Shown: in pieces, positions 38,586 to 52,039 of the stretch | How positions within the stretch are numbered: the first letter of the stretch is position 1 | Layout: each line of letters starts with the position of its first letter | Assembly (NCBI RefSeq): GCF_001194135.2 | Contig: NC_068993.1 | Span: 58,796,520 to 58,854,946 of the forward strand | DNA: 58,427 nt | Direction of reading: 5' to 3' | Source of the DNA: Octopus bimaculoides | Lineage: Eukaryota | Program-made: the position numbers and the translations under genes | Notes under the pieces: generated by a model | What the model saw: the letters and a program-made list of their open reading frames with translations, nothing else | The model's database searches: none | What the model was told of the DNA's origin: nothing

Positions 38586-39354
38586 TATGTATGTATGGGT
38601 GTATGTATGTATGTATGCACAACCCTGAGTACATACCCTCTGCATATGTAAGGGTCCCGTTCGTATCTGTTGTGTTGACTGATGGATAAGTCCTGCAGCG
38701 AGCAATGGTAAATATGGAAAGCAGCCCCCGAATTTTAAAATACACAAACGTGAAACTACAACTGCCATAGATAGATGTGCAAGCATTGTAGTTGGTCCAG
38801 GGGGCGCTTCTTAACAATCCACACATCCTACTGCTGAAAGAGAGGGAGAGGAAGAGGGAGAGAGCGAAAGAGAGTGATAGGGATAGAAAGTGAGACGGAG
38901 GGGTATGAGATAAAATCGATGTGACCTTTACTATACTATTAGACAAGATCAAGTGCTCCGCCCGACATACACTTGTCATTAAATGAGAAGTGGTGGTGGT
39001 GGTGAGTTTGTGTCCTTCTGTGAAGAGAGTAATGCTGTGAGAACGAGCGCTGGACCCACCGCATAGACTGTATGATCTACATAGGTTAATGGATGGTAGT
39101 TCTTTCTGTATTTTATTATTACTGTTAACGCTGAGAGCAACTTAGGGAATTAAGTTATATATGTGTCACTCACGACTGCGCGGAAGCCGTCGGAGACGCA
39201 AAAATATATGCGCGAGCGTTGATTATAAGCTCAGTCAGGGATTGTGTAGAGATTACAACTTAAAACAAGTACTCAATGCGTTATACATGTAGTCAAAATT
39301 TCTTTCACTATCTACTTTTCTTTCTATATATTTCTATCTATCTATCTATCTATC

Positions 39355-39410
39355 TAAACCCTAACCCTAATCCTAAAACTAACCCTAACCCTAAAACCCT
39401 AACACCCTAG
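39355..39410 (+). repeat. Degenerate interstitial telomere-like (CCCTAA)n tract
   Basis: aaaccctaaccctaatcctaaaactaaccctaaccctaaaaccctaacaccctag, directly after (CTAT)n; a shorter tract lies at 51057-51075. Confidence 0.8.
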
Positions 39411-40615
39411 TGAAGATCGTGCGGGTGTTAATCTGAAAAATTACCAAATTTAATAGGTTCTAGACGAGGCCAACACCTACGAACAGAGAAGGGAAGAGTC
39501 TTGTTTGTAAGAAAGAAATTCGGAAGATACTGTTAGAATTAAGACAATCCAAACACGACCAATACCTACCATGAGATAAAGCAGATCATGCCTTAAGCGT
39601 TTCAACTATGACCATCTCTTCTTACTTTTCTTGACTCGATTTTCATTTCTTGTGTTAGTATTGACGTGATTTGAGACAGATTTAGCTGTTATTTCTAGCA
39701 GGTTGAACGACCATGAAAAGGCTCTCACGTCGGACTGGGAACTGTCTTGTTTAACTGACTCGTAGGGAATGGCAGATGAGGCTCTTAACTGGATCTTAGA
39801 TAAATGGATCAATTGCACATAGAATTTGTTTCACCATAAAAAAAAGACATTAACATAACACGTGACACAACTATTGACAAAAGTCACACACAATCATACA
39901 CACTAAAAAACAGATACACGCCTACACATAAACAATATATATATATATATACATACATATACACACATACATACCACTAAGTGACAGGCATGCTCACACA
40001 TTGCCTGATCTAATCCGTATAAATTAAAAGGCACACACACATGCACACACTCATACAGACGAACACAGACACACACACACAGAAGCAGACATGGTGCAGA
40101 CATCAGACAAGGAGACAACAGACACCTCATTAGATGGTGGGGAGTCAGGTGGGGGTGGGGTGGAAGTGACGATAGAAATCGAGAGGTGGGTAGGGAAGAA
40201 GGAAGAGTGAGACTTCCACAGCAGACAGCGTTGAGAGAGGAGTAAAGGTAGAGGGAAAGGAAAGGGAGGAAGAAGAGGTGAAGGAGAAGTGGGAGGATGA
40301 CCTTGATTAGATGAGATGGAAGGAGGAACGATGTTGATATTAGTGCTGATAATGTTTGTGATGGAGATAATGTCTGCGATGATTGATATATCCACAAACA
40401 TTCTCCTAATATACGTGTGTGTGTAGATAGATAGATAGATAGATAGATAGAGACCAGTTCACAATTATGGTTCCTTTTTGTTGTTGCTATTGTTATAACT
40501 GGTGTATCACGTGTGCTTAATAAGCTACAACGCTTGATTTCCTTCATATATGTTACGGAGGGAAATGTTTGTTACCTTGTGTATGTATGTCTGTAGGTGA
40601 CTTTAGACAGATATA

Positions 40616-40834
40616 CAGTTATCCCTCGACTGTCGCGCGTGTTATGTTCGAAAACCCACTGCGATAGGTGAAAATCCGCGAAGTAGAAACAGCATTGTAT
40701 AATTTATTGTTATTATTTTTATACTTTGTATGTATTTATTATATTGTAAATGCAAAACAACACCACGGAGGGATCGACGTATGCTTAAATAATAAACCGC
40801 GATAGGTGAACCGCGATATGTCGAGTGATTACTG
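40616..40834. mobile_element. Tigger/pogo-type MITE (219 bp) with TA target duplication
   Basis: TA|CAGTTATCCCTCGACTGTCGCG ... CGCGATATGTCGAGTGATTACTG|TA; subterminal repeat GCGATAGGTGAA occurs twice. Confidence 0.85.
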
Positions 40835-41325
40835 TAATATATATATATATATATATANNNNNNNNNNNNNNNNNNNNNNNNNNNNNNNNNNNNNNNNNNN
40901 NNNNNNNNNNNNNNNNNNNNNNNNNNNNNNNNNNNNNNNNNNNNNNNNNNNNNNNNNNNNNNNNNNNNNNNNNNNNNNNNNNNNNNNNNNNNNNNNNNNN
41001 NNNNNNNNNNNNNNNNNNNNNNNNNNNNNNNNNNNNNNNNNNNNNNNNNNNNNNNNNNNNNNNNNNNNNNNNNNNNNNNNNNNNNNNNNNNNNNNNNNNN
41101 NNNNNNNNNNNNNNNNNNNNNNNNNNNNNNNNNNNNNNNNNNNNNNNNNNNNNNNNNNNNNNNNNNNNNNNNNNNNNNNNNNNNNNNNNNNNNNNNNNNN
41201 NNNNNNNNNNNNNNNNNNNNNNNNNNNNNNNNNNNNNNNNNNNNNNNNNNNNNNNNNNNNNNNNNNNNNNNNNNNNNNNNNNNNNNNNNNNNNNNNNNNN
41301 NNNNNNNNNNNNNNNNNNNNNNNNN

Positions 41326-41376
<51 letters not shown>

Positions 41377-41929
41377 CATATAGTGGCCCCATGCTGTTGT
41401 AACATGCAAATGGTAAACAACTTCATAAAAGATAACCAATATTGTTGACATTTCAAGCCATTATTATCTTACACGCAAACTACTAAGAAACGCCGCCGTT
41501 ACCTCCACCGCCACAGCATACTTCTCACCACCACCAACACCATCTTCAACATCGCTAACTGATCATTCACTTGTGTACTACTTGATCCCCGAATGCTTTT
41601 CTTTTCATGTTTGTTGTCCAATTCCATTTTGTCTCTTCACATTTTCCAAATGTTTTGAATATTTTATTTCTGAGATTTCGGTTTCTTCAGTTGTGGCCAT
41701 GCTTTGGCACCACCTTCAAGATGTTTATTTATTTCCATTATCCCGTAGGAAATGTAAGTCACGGGAAATTTACACTGTGATACACAAACACACACACATA
41801 TCCACATTTACACACATACATATATACATACATATACTTTTTTTCATTTTTAATTGGTAAAAATTTACGAAAATGATTCAAAGTCGAAGTGTTGTACGCG
41901 TACCAAACACGTTTTTTCTTAGCTCTCTT

Positions 41930-42095
41930 CTTTTTTCTTTCTTTTCTTCCATCTCTTCCTATTCTTTCCTGGACTTTCCTCTCTTACATGACGAAGGACT
42001 ATATCCGAAACGTTATACTTAAACTTTTTTCCATTCTTTAAGCGTCAACCTAAGAATATTAAGCGTAAACGTCCCTTGGACTTCTTTTTGATATT
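41930..42095 (+). mobile_element. Degenerate family H copy with hammerhead motif 41984-42018
   Basis: ttac | ATGACGA | A | GGA-CTATA-TCC | GAAA C | GTT | atac. Upstream 'ggactttcct' and downstream 'ttcttt-aagcgtc' and 'acgtccc' are shared with 45430-45580. Confidence 0.5.
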
Positions 42096-42654
42096 TGCAT
42101 TTGTTTTGCTCTCTCTCTCTCTATCTATCTATCTCTCCGCCTCCTTCGTCTGTTTGTATGTATACACGCGCGCGCACGTGTGCGTGTGCTACTGGGCTCT
42201 AAAGTATAAAGCGCCCTAGTTATAAATGGAATTTATAGAAGAAAGAAAAAACTTATACAAATTCCTTCCCTTTAAAATGGATGAACTTTAATACCAGTAA
42301 AATACTGAGGCAATCTTACATTCTTACATTACAGTGTTTCTTAAACTAATTAATACCGTCCTCACAAGAAAAAAGTGAAATTTTTGGCTCCCCAGCTCGT
42401 TATTAAAGATATTCTATGAATTCATAGAATTTGCTTTCTTCGCCATGGTCTTCGACGAGGCAGTTTGCCCAAGCTTTTTTACAGTAATCTCAGACACTTC
42501 TAAGGAGCGGGTGTTGTCCGTTCCAAAGAAATAAGCTATAAGGCATTCTTGACATGAATGAAACGTAAACTAATTTAGCCTTTATCCTATTCCATGGGCG
42601 GTCATAGATAGTACCAGTCATATACTTGAGTTTGATTTAATATCCTTATGAAGT

Positions 42655-43320
42655 GTCAAGGCGGCGGGTTGACAGAATCGTTAGCGCGCCGGATAAAGTA
42701 CTTCGTAGCATTTCTTCCGGTTCTTTACCGTCTGAGTTGAAATTCAATCAAGTCGACTTAGCTTGCCTTTCGTACTTTCGTGGGTCGGCAAGATAAAAGT
42801 ACCACTCAAATACCCGAGTCGATGTATGTTTAACCCTCTACAGCTAAGAAAAATAATAATCGGTTTTGTGCCAAAATTTGAAACCATTATTTCCGATTTA
42901 TTAAATTCTGAGTTGAAATTCGGCCGAGGCCAGCTTCGACATTCATCTTTTTGGGGTCGATATCATGAAGTACCGGTCGATCTTTGTGCTTCACCTAAAA
43001 TTACTGGCCTTGTTCCAAAATTTGAAACAATTATTATGATACGCCTCAGACGTGAATGGAACTATAAGTGAGGACTAAAGATAAAAACAATATCGATTCC
43101 AAATTTTGGCTCAAGGCCACTAATTTCGGAGGACCGGGTGGGGTTAAGTCGATTACATCAACCCCAGTGTTCAACTGATAATTGTTTTTATCGACGCCGA
43201 AAAGATGAAAGGTGAAGTCGACTTCGGCGAATTTTGGACTGAGAAAGTAAAACCAGACGAAACGTCGCTAAGTATCTTGGTCAACGTGTCAACAGTTATG
43301 CCAGCTCGCCGCCTTACAGA
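42655..43320. mobile_element. Two + strand family C copies (42655-42890, 42900-43040) followed by a - strand copy (43090-43320)
   Basis: Heads 'ggcggcgggttgacagaatcgttagcg' and 'gccagctcgccgcctta'; shared tail 'ccaaaatttgaaac'. Confidence 0.8.
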
Positions 43321-44266
43321 TAAAGACAATATTAGAGTTATTACACCATAAGACCCACTAGCGTAATGTTCCAACCAGCGCCAAAGCTTATAAACTTCCA
43401 GTTTCAACAAGGACCTGGTTTTAACGGACGTTTTACTACGTCCCCACCGTCACCACCACTACTACCACTAATTTACATATGTCTGTTATATAAACAAGTC
43501 ACCACGATGTCCATATCGTATTTTGTTTGGTCTAGACTCTGCTTTTATATGCTTTATATATATGGTGCTCCAGTATGGTCACAGTCATCGGACTGAAGCG
43601 TATAAAAGAATATAATGAGGTCTGGCGCTTTGGCCTACCATATAACTTAACTACACTCACTTACTGTCACCACTACCTTATCGACACCATCTCCGCCTCC
43701 GCTATATCGCTCTACTACTACTACTACTACAACTACCACCCACCGCCACCACCATTTCTATTATAAGTACTAGTTAAGTCTAGCTTTCCCCTTAACTTCT
43801 ATAACCACACGGCTAGCACCACCACCACCTCCAACACTACTCCTTCACCAATCATGCACATTAGCATCATCACCAGCATTATTATAAGCACCATCATCAT
43901 CCACAACCTCTACAAACTGCACAACCGCCACCATCCACCTCCACCACCACCACCACTACCGCCGCCGCTGTCTCCGTTATTACAACTGCCTCCGTTCGCC
44001 ATTTCTATCACCACCACCGCCTCCGCTACTGGTAGTCAGGCCTAACATTCCTCCCCCGCCCTTACTTCCTACCTCCACCCCCGTCTGTCTGCCTTATCTC
44101 CTCCTCCTCCGCCTGTCTGTGTCCAATGGCGACCCTCTCTTGTTCAATAATTGTTGTTATTGTTGTCTCTGTACAGTGTAACTGCTGGTTTACAATATAT
44201 GTGTATGTATGTGTGTGTGTGTGTGTGTGTGTGTATGCACACACGTACACACATGCAAACCTGTGC

Positions 44267-44305
<39 letters not shown>

Positions 44306-44719
44306 TATGTGTACATATATGCGTATATGGGGTTTGTGTGTTTATAAACTTTGGTTTCGGCTGATATCTGGCCATGTTTAACCTAAGCAGCACCACCTGC
44401 CAAATACGCTCCCTCTCTCTTTCTTTCTCTCCCCCTCTCTCTCTCTCACACACGCACACACACTACATACATATTTTGGCTGGTCGAGTAGCCTAGGTTT
44501 GATCTGTTCCGCTAAAACCCTTCAAAGCGGTGTCCCAAGAATAACCGTAGCCCAATGACGTAGCTCAGTACCGCCCACTTCGGGAACCACTGATCTAAAA
44601 GGAAGGAAAACTGGCAACTTGGCCCCAAAACATCCCGGTACCGGAGTCGTCACAGAACACAAAACGTCAGCATAGAGAGCGCAAGACAGCTTGCCGAGCC
44701 CTCTAAAAGTTCTACCAAT

Positions 44720-44852
44720 CCATTGTCTTCGATTGGTATTTGGTTTTATTGAACCCGAAAGGATGAAAAGCAAAGCTGACTTCAGCAGGATTTGCACTCA
44801 GGACGCAGGGCATTCTACCCAACGCTCTAACGACTCTCCTAATTCGCCGCCA
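44720..44852 (-). mobile_element. Degenerate family C SINE head and body
   Basis: 'acccgaaaggatgaaaagcaaagctgacttcagcaggatttgcactcagg...ctctaacgactctcctaattcgccgcc'. Confidence 0.75.
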
Positions 44853-45341
44853 TCGCTTTCAGACGAATGGTCATACTTCTGCCTTTTTGAATCCCGTCAA
44901 CAGTCTACTCGTACCAGCTCTGTTATGCGGACATCTTTTTTTCTTTACATATAGTAAATTACATAGTCTCAAATTTGCCCTACAGTGAGAGGAAAAATCT
45001 ATAAGCTACTTACGAAAATTGCTTCGATTTTACTTATTTATATGGCAGTACATTCGGTATGTGTGTGTGTGTGTGTGTGCTTATGATTCGCTGCTTTCTT
45101 CCAAGGAATCTAATGCTCTTAGCTTAGTTTTTCCTTGGGGCTGGCCAGATTGGAGCAATATCGAGAATAACCAGCCGAAATTGCAAGGATAATCTGGATC
45201 CCGACTGAAGAGAGAAAACTCCGAATGACCTGTCCTTGTTTTCTTTGTATCATCTATCTGGATGTTTTGTCCCTTTCTTGTATCGCCTAACTGTCTGGAT
45301 GTTTTGCGTCCTTGTCCCATTCTGTATAATTTATACATACT

Positions 45342-45384
<43 letters not shown>

Positions 45385-45429
45385 CCGTATGTCTCGAAAC
45401 ACGTGGGCTATTGACAATTTTTGTTTCCT

Positions 45430-45590
45430 CCTTCTTCCTTTTCTTTTGGACTTTCCTATGTCTCCTGTTTCCGAAGAAGAGCTTTGCTCGAAACATAAAG
45501 CAACCACTCTTTCCTTCTCTGAGCGTCTTATTAATACTTTGCTTGTACCACGTCCTCGCGTTGTCTCTTTTTTCTTCTTGTCTTTTTCTC
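45430..45590 (+). mobile_element. Family H repeat with hammerhead motif 45466-45502
   Basis: tgttt | CCGAAGA | A | GAGC-TTT-GCTC | GAAA C | ATA | aagca. Stem I tgttt/aagca 5 bp; ATA is probably CpG-decayed GTA; homologous to 16620-16790. Confidence 0.65.
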
Positions 45591-47123
45591 CGTTTTCTTT
45601 TTTTAATACTAATTAGTTATAAACTGAAAACCACTCTAAATCAGGACTTAAAAGCAGTGTTAGGTATCAATAATGATATTATGCTTAGCATTAGAATAAA
45701 TGTAATGCTTCAAAGATGGTCGAACGTTTCTCTGTATACGATCTTTTCAAACGAAATGAAAATGCGTCTCGTTTGAAAAGATCTCGTTGAGTGAAACATA
45801 TGACCCTATGTCTCGAATCGCGTATTTTAATGTAATACATAAACATGTGTATATAAGTATATATGTACACCCACATATCTATCTATCTCTCTATCTACCT
45901 ACCCATACAAACACACACATACATGAACACTTTCACTATGGGCCATAAAATGTGTTGCTTTTATAGGTCTTTTCTCACAAGTTAGAGATGTAAGTACAGA
46001 TCTCCCTTTCTCTCTCTCTGTCTCTCTCTCTCTGTATCTCTCTCTCTCCCTCTGTATGTGTGTGTGTGTGTGTGTGTGTGTGACCTGGTCTCTGTGTGTT
46101 TTATTGAACGCTGTTCACATGCTGAGTGAGAAGGCTGAATAACGCACAGCTATGTATGTCAGCATATGTATGTCCACGTTCGAACTGAAGACAAACCTGT
46201 GTGTATGTGCCTATGTTTAACTATATGTGTGTGTGTGTGTGTGTGTGTCCACCTACGTGCTCTGGGCGTGTGTGAGTGTGGGTGCAAGGTAAAAAAAAAG
46301 AAAGAAAAAAAAGAACGAGTTAATTGTACTGTGGAAGGAGAGTAAGTAAGGGTAGACAGAGAGACACAGGGAGAGAAGAGATGTCAGAAAAGGGCACCTA
46401 GCAATAAACCACCCACAGTTGACCTACTTCAGACTTTTACCATCTCGCTTCTCTCTGTCTGTCTGTCCGTCTGTATGTCTTTATGTCACTCTCTCTGTCC
46501 GTCTCTTCCTCCCTCTCTTTCTGTCTGAGTCTCATTGCCCTCCCCTCTCTCTCTCTCTCTCTCCCTCTCTCTACACACACACATATATATAGATAGAGAG
46601 AGACAGACAGACAGAGAGTGTGTATCTATAGATTTTTTCTAACTTACCGTTTGAGGAGAACCGTAAATGAATGGCGTTCCAGACATGACCATCTAAGTTT
46701 TGTGCATCTTGGATTAAGCTAATTTGCCTAATTGTACCCTTCTGTGTGTTTTTTTAGTTTTTTTTTGCTTTTTTTTTAATATTCCGATTATTTTTGAGGG
46801 AAATTTGGCAGTTATTTCTAGTATTTTGGTAACTGCATGGAAGCTTTCTTGACGGTTGAGCTGTGCGTGAGTACGTTGAATATGTTTATGAATGTGTGTG
46901 CGTATGTGAACAAATCTATACGTATGCTCAATCAACTGTGTGTGTGTGTGTGTGTGAGTGAGCGTCCTAATGCGCGCGCGCGCCGTGTGAGTCTTTCCCC
47001 TTTCCTACACCCTCTATCTCCCCCTCTTTCTATTCCTCTCTATCGCTCTCCGCCTCATTTTCTTTTTCTATTTCCTGCTCACTCTCTCTTTTCATTCATT
47101 CTAGCTCTTCTCTTTTTCTGCAC

Positions 47124-47154
<31 letters not shown>

Positions 47155-47366
47155 ACTCTCCCTACTTCTTTCCTGCCACTCCCCCCTCTCTCCTCCTCTA
47201 TGTCACTTTCTACAACCATTTCTTTCTCTTTTTCTTCATCGTCTCTCCTCTCTTCCTTTCTCTCTCTCTATTCTCTCTTCCCGTTTCTCTCTCCCACCTG
47301 CCACAAGGTGTAACACCATTTTAATAAGTACACACACACACACACTGATTGACACATATGTAGACA

Positions 47367-47416
<50 letters not shown>

Positions 47417-47895
47417 TCTCTCTCTCTCTCTCTCTTGTTTCTCTCTCACACTGAATCACAGACACACACACACACTCACTCAGAAAACACACATACATAC
47501 ACACAACAGACACACATACTCACACACACACAGACGAGCCAAACTGTTTTGACACATACTCACATAGGTCAAATCGTGTGTGTATGTATGCGTGTATACA
47601 GACTATAATAGACGTCTATTTAGATAGGCTGGTATGTAGATAGATGGGTAAATAGGTAGATACTACAGGTACACACAGGTAAACTTAGCTCACTGAACTG
47701 ACACACACACACACACACATTCACAAATACATACATTCACACACACACACGCAAGCAAACATATAGACACATGGCACACACATATACGTACGCAGAAAAA
47801 GACATATAGACAGACGCATATAAGGTAGAGGAGGGCTAGTCACCGGCCAAAAGCAAACTCAAGGTATTCCACGCAAGAGAATAAGGTCACTCACA

Positions 47896-47940
<45 letters not shown>

Positions 47941-48832
47941 ATTCTTAGTCACATATAGACAACTACGTAGATGCCTGTATACATACATACGCATACACAC
48001 AGTTGCTTGTACATGCAGCTACGTTCACATACACACTCTCGCACACATTCACAGACATAGTCGACCATTCACAAAAAGACACACAAATCAGCCATCATGA
48101 AAACCTTCATGTAGTTACCACTCTACTAGAAATAACAGCCAAATCTCCTTCAAAATCACATGTTAAAAAAAAAGCACAAATTAGCTTAGAATTCGGTGCA
48201 CAAAACTGAGATGGTCATGTCAAGAAAGTCTTCCATTTATAGTTTTTCTCAATCAGAGATGACAACAGGTACACTTGCTCTTCATGTCAAAGTAACCATC
48301 CTTATTCTTTCCCTCTGCAGATGGCCACCCCATGGAAATCCATTTGTCCTGTCCTCTCCAGATGGACACCAAATTTGTTCTTGACTTTCTTTCCCCAAAA
48401 TGGCAATCCTTTGAAATCCCTTCCGTTCTGTGCTTTTTCCTTACAGAACCCCAATAATATAGATGAAGAATCCTAGTTCTTCAGCTCTCCCCTTCTTATG
48501 ACAAACACTACAACATCCCCAGTTATTTCAGTATTATTTGCCTTCCCCAGTAAACAATTTCCCAGTGACCTCACATAGGGCAACATTCTCAAAACTGCAT
48601 CCCAGAGACAAGGATTTTTTTCCTAATAGCAAAAGAGAAACAAAAAAAATACAAATGTGAAATGCAATCCAATTTGGAACTCTTCAGAGCCTAACCAGCT
48701 ACTGTCCATCTTTAAAGCTCAAATGTGGCCCACGTTCAGATACTTCAGGACCTTAAAATACTTCAGTTCTGTTCAGTTGCTGACTCAGTACGAAATTTTA
48801 AGTATTGGGATATTACTAGCCTGTCTTGCATA

Positions 48833-49101
48833 GAATTGATGATGATGATGATGCTGCTGCTACGCATACAAATGTCCACTTTTACTTGCTTGCACCAGTC
48901 ACAGGGAATTTATACAGGCAGATTTTCAATAGCGGGATGCCGTTTTAACTGCCAAACCCACAAATGTTTCGGTAATTTTAACAGATTAACACCGCACATC
49001 CGATTTGCACTACCAATACCTGCAAGTAAGTTCTGCTCATTGTGGATCCTAACATGTCTTTTAAGACCCCCTTTGGATTTGCAAACCCTCTGGCACACAC
49101 C

Positions 49102-49104
<3 letters not shown>
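48833..49104 (-). mobile_element. Probable 3' end of an RTE-like LINE with a decayed C2H2 zinc finger and (CAG)(CAT)n tail
   Basis: 49042-49104 (-) translates YGVCQRVCKSKGGLKRHVRIH, a C2H2 pattern with the first Cys replaced by Tyr at a (TA)n edge. Downstream 'ggtgcaagcaagtaaaagtggac' then cagcagcatcatcatcatcatc. Confidence 0.55.
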
Positions 49105-49132
<28 letters not shown>

Positions 49133-49676
49133 AATATGTGTGTAAATACACACACACACACATACACGTGTATTTAACATGCTCTGAACTGCAGCAAATT
49201 GTTGGAACTCAGATATTAAAATTAGGTTCAGTGAACCATAATGCAAACAAATCCAAAGCAAATGTCACACACAGCCTGATGGCAGATCAATGTATACAGC
49301 AGTGTATATATAGTATATATAGTGTATATAGTAGCAATACAAGAGGACAATCAAAACACTTTACTTCTTGCGTTCACATACACACATGTCCATGCTTAGA
49401 TATCGTGTTCTGGTGATGTTATGTACAACGTTTATAATATCAACATATACAGCCTATAATTGTGTCTGTTAGTGTGTGTGTACATATACAAGTACATATG
49501 ACTGTATATATGTCTGTATCTACACATACACACGCGCACGCACCAGATATGGGTGTGTACGTGGGTGTATTAGCATGTGCGTACATACAAATGAACCTCG
49601 AGTGTCCGTATGTGTATATGTGTGATTATAAGTGCAGATTTATACATGTAAACACATATGCACGTATATATGTATC

Positions 49677-49714
<38 letters not shown>

Positions 49715-52039
49715 TATGCTTGTCTATATGCATTTGTGTGTGTGTGTAACTGATATATAGAGAGCAGAGATAGGCAGCCTTAGTCACATCAATGTGACTA
49801 ACAACCGAACAGCCTCCCACTTCGACCACCCAACACCGGCCATGATCTGTAATACAAGTTATTCTTTGTAAATTATCCTGTTTGTTGAGATAACCCATCT
49901 CTCCTTTGAATTGTGTACAGAGCTATGAGGTATTTGAACATGTTTGTGTGTGCACATACATATATATACATATATATANNNNNNNNNNNNNNNNNNNNNN
50001 NNNNNNNNNNNNNNNNNNNNNNNNNNNNNNNNNNNNNNNNNNNNNNNNNNNNNNNNNNNNNNNNNNNNNNNNNNNNNNNNNNNNNNNNNNNNNNNNNNNN
50101 NNNNNNNNNNNNNNNNNNNNNNNNNNNNNNNNNNNNNNNNNNNNNNNNNNNNNNNNNNNNNNNNNNNNNNNNNNNNNNNNNNNNNNNNNNNNNNNNNNNN
50201 NNNNNNNNNNNNNNNNNNNNNNNNNNNNNNNNNNNNNNNNNNNNNNNNNNNNNNNNGATTGTGTATAGAGGAATATATTATTTTGTTTAAAAGAGTTCCA
50301 ACACTGTCTGTTTTTTTATGTTTTATTTATATTCCTGCAGAACCAATGTGGGGTATAGAATATGGAATATACAATATATAATATAATATACAATATATAA
50401 TATAAAATAAAATAAAATAAAAATGGATGGCACCATGAAAGAAAGTATTGAATGTAGATGAAATATTGAGTGTTCAATATAAAGGATCAAATATATAAAT
50501 ATAAATATATAAAGGTGACTCGAGTTTCAGGGCTATTTCCCTTCGTCATGGCCGGTATGACAGACTTTAACAGAATATGATTTCTGTATATGTCTCTTTG
50601 TATGTGTGGGTGTGTGCATGTGTCTTTGTAGGGTGAGAGAGAGAGACAGAGAGAGACAGAGGTAGATAAAGACAAGAATAAGACTGGGAAGTCAGTAGAC
50701 AGCGAGAGATACAGACAGATAGATAGATAGATAGATAGAAGGAAAAAGACAGAGAGATTATAAATCTATTACATGTTGGGTAATTGGATCAAATTTGATA
50801 GAATTGCTGCTCACCTACTTGTTCCACACATTCACGTGGAAATAATAATAATAATAATAATAATGCTGTGGAGGATGATGATTTAGTCAAAATATAAATC
50901 ACTTCCTCTCCTTAAGGCTGTTACTCTGGTGCCAGGAAAGAGCATGAAAAAATTTCACTGATTTCTGTAAAAGTGCTTTGGAATCTTCAGCACCAAATTG
51001 TGAACTAGTTAACTAACTGAATAACTAGTTCTATCATTTTGTATATACGAGATGGTTAACCTTAACCCTAACCCAATAGAATTTGAACTGGAAGCTTGTT
51101 CTTGTTTCTTATGGTTAAAAGAATACGAGTTAATGTCTATACATGTATATATGCTTTAGTTTATTTATATACATACTTGTATATATAGTTATATGTGTGT
51201 GTGTACACACACAATACATGCGAATAAACCGCAATCTTAGCCATTGCTGCTGACTTCAGTGTCTAGATATTGGTTTGTGCTGGGTGGGGATGCTAAACTC
51301 CCCTGTTCGAAAATATAAGGACACTGATAGTGTGCCCGTATAACCAGCTGGAGACAATGGGTCCCAGATATATCATACCTCTGTATGTAATACCCATTTA
51401 GGGGGTGCCTGTATCATGAAATGACAACAACAAGGAAGAGGTGCAGGGTTATTAATCTTCATTGTGTAAGCGTATCTTTACCCTTTCTGACAGGATAAAA
51501 TGCACTTGGTCTGCACTGGGAGCCAAATACAGTAACAACTTCAATCAAAGCAGGTTGCAATGTTCTGTTCTTGTAATGTACCACAGAAAAAAACTGCTGT
51601 GTCAAGTGACCAACTCTTGTTCAATCCAAGAGAGAGAAAAAAAAAACAAAAAACAAAAGAAAACAACCATTAAATAAAGATGACTGTTGGTATCTATACT
51701 TACCTGTCATTAAGTAATTCCTTTTATGGTTATGGGTTTATTAGTAGGGCAAGAAGAAGAAGAAGAAAGGTGGTTAATGAGATTGATTGATTTATGATTA
51801 GTCAACAGGTGTCGATTGCAATCAAGCGTTATGAAAGTACTCAACACTTGTTAGATAGTCAAATAATATCATTTATTCATAGGTAACAGTGTCTGTGTAA
51901 ATTGTTTACTCAGTTTGAAGTTTCTAGTCCTTGAGCTCACACACACACACACACACACACTCTTTCTTTTGCTTGCTTGTTTTAACCATCACACTTTTGG
52001 TATGTTTGTGTGTGTGTGTGTGTATGTGTGTGCGTTTGG

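Noticed and set aside
44569-44592. hAT-like TIR half-site (reverse complement CAGTGGTTCCCGAAGTGGGCGGTA)
   Set aside because: No partner TIR or TSD was found, so no element could be delimited.
48200-48630. Purine-rich minus-strand stretch with a GVAI word suggestive of a LINE endonuclease
   Set aside because: Multiple stops and only one short motif; not supportable without a profile search.
51702-51720. Perfect minus-strand donor CAG|gtaagt with a possible 17 nt microexon
   Set aside because: The acceptor lacks an adjacent pyrimidine tract; a single consensus donor in 58 kb is not evidence.
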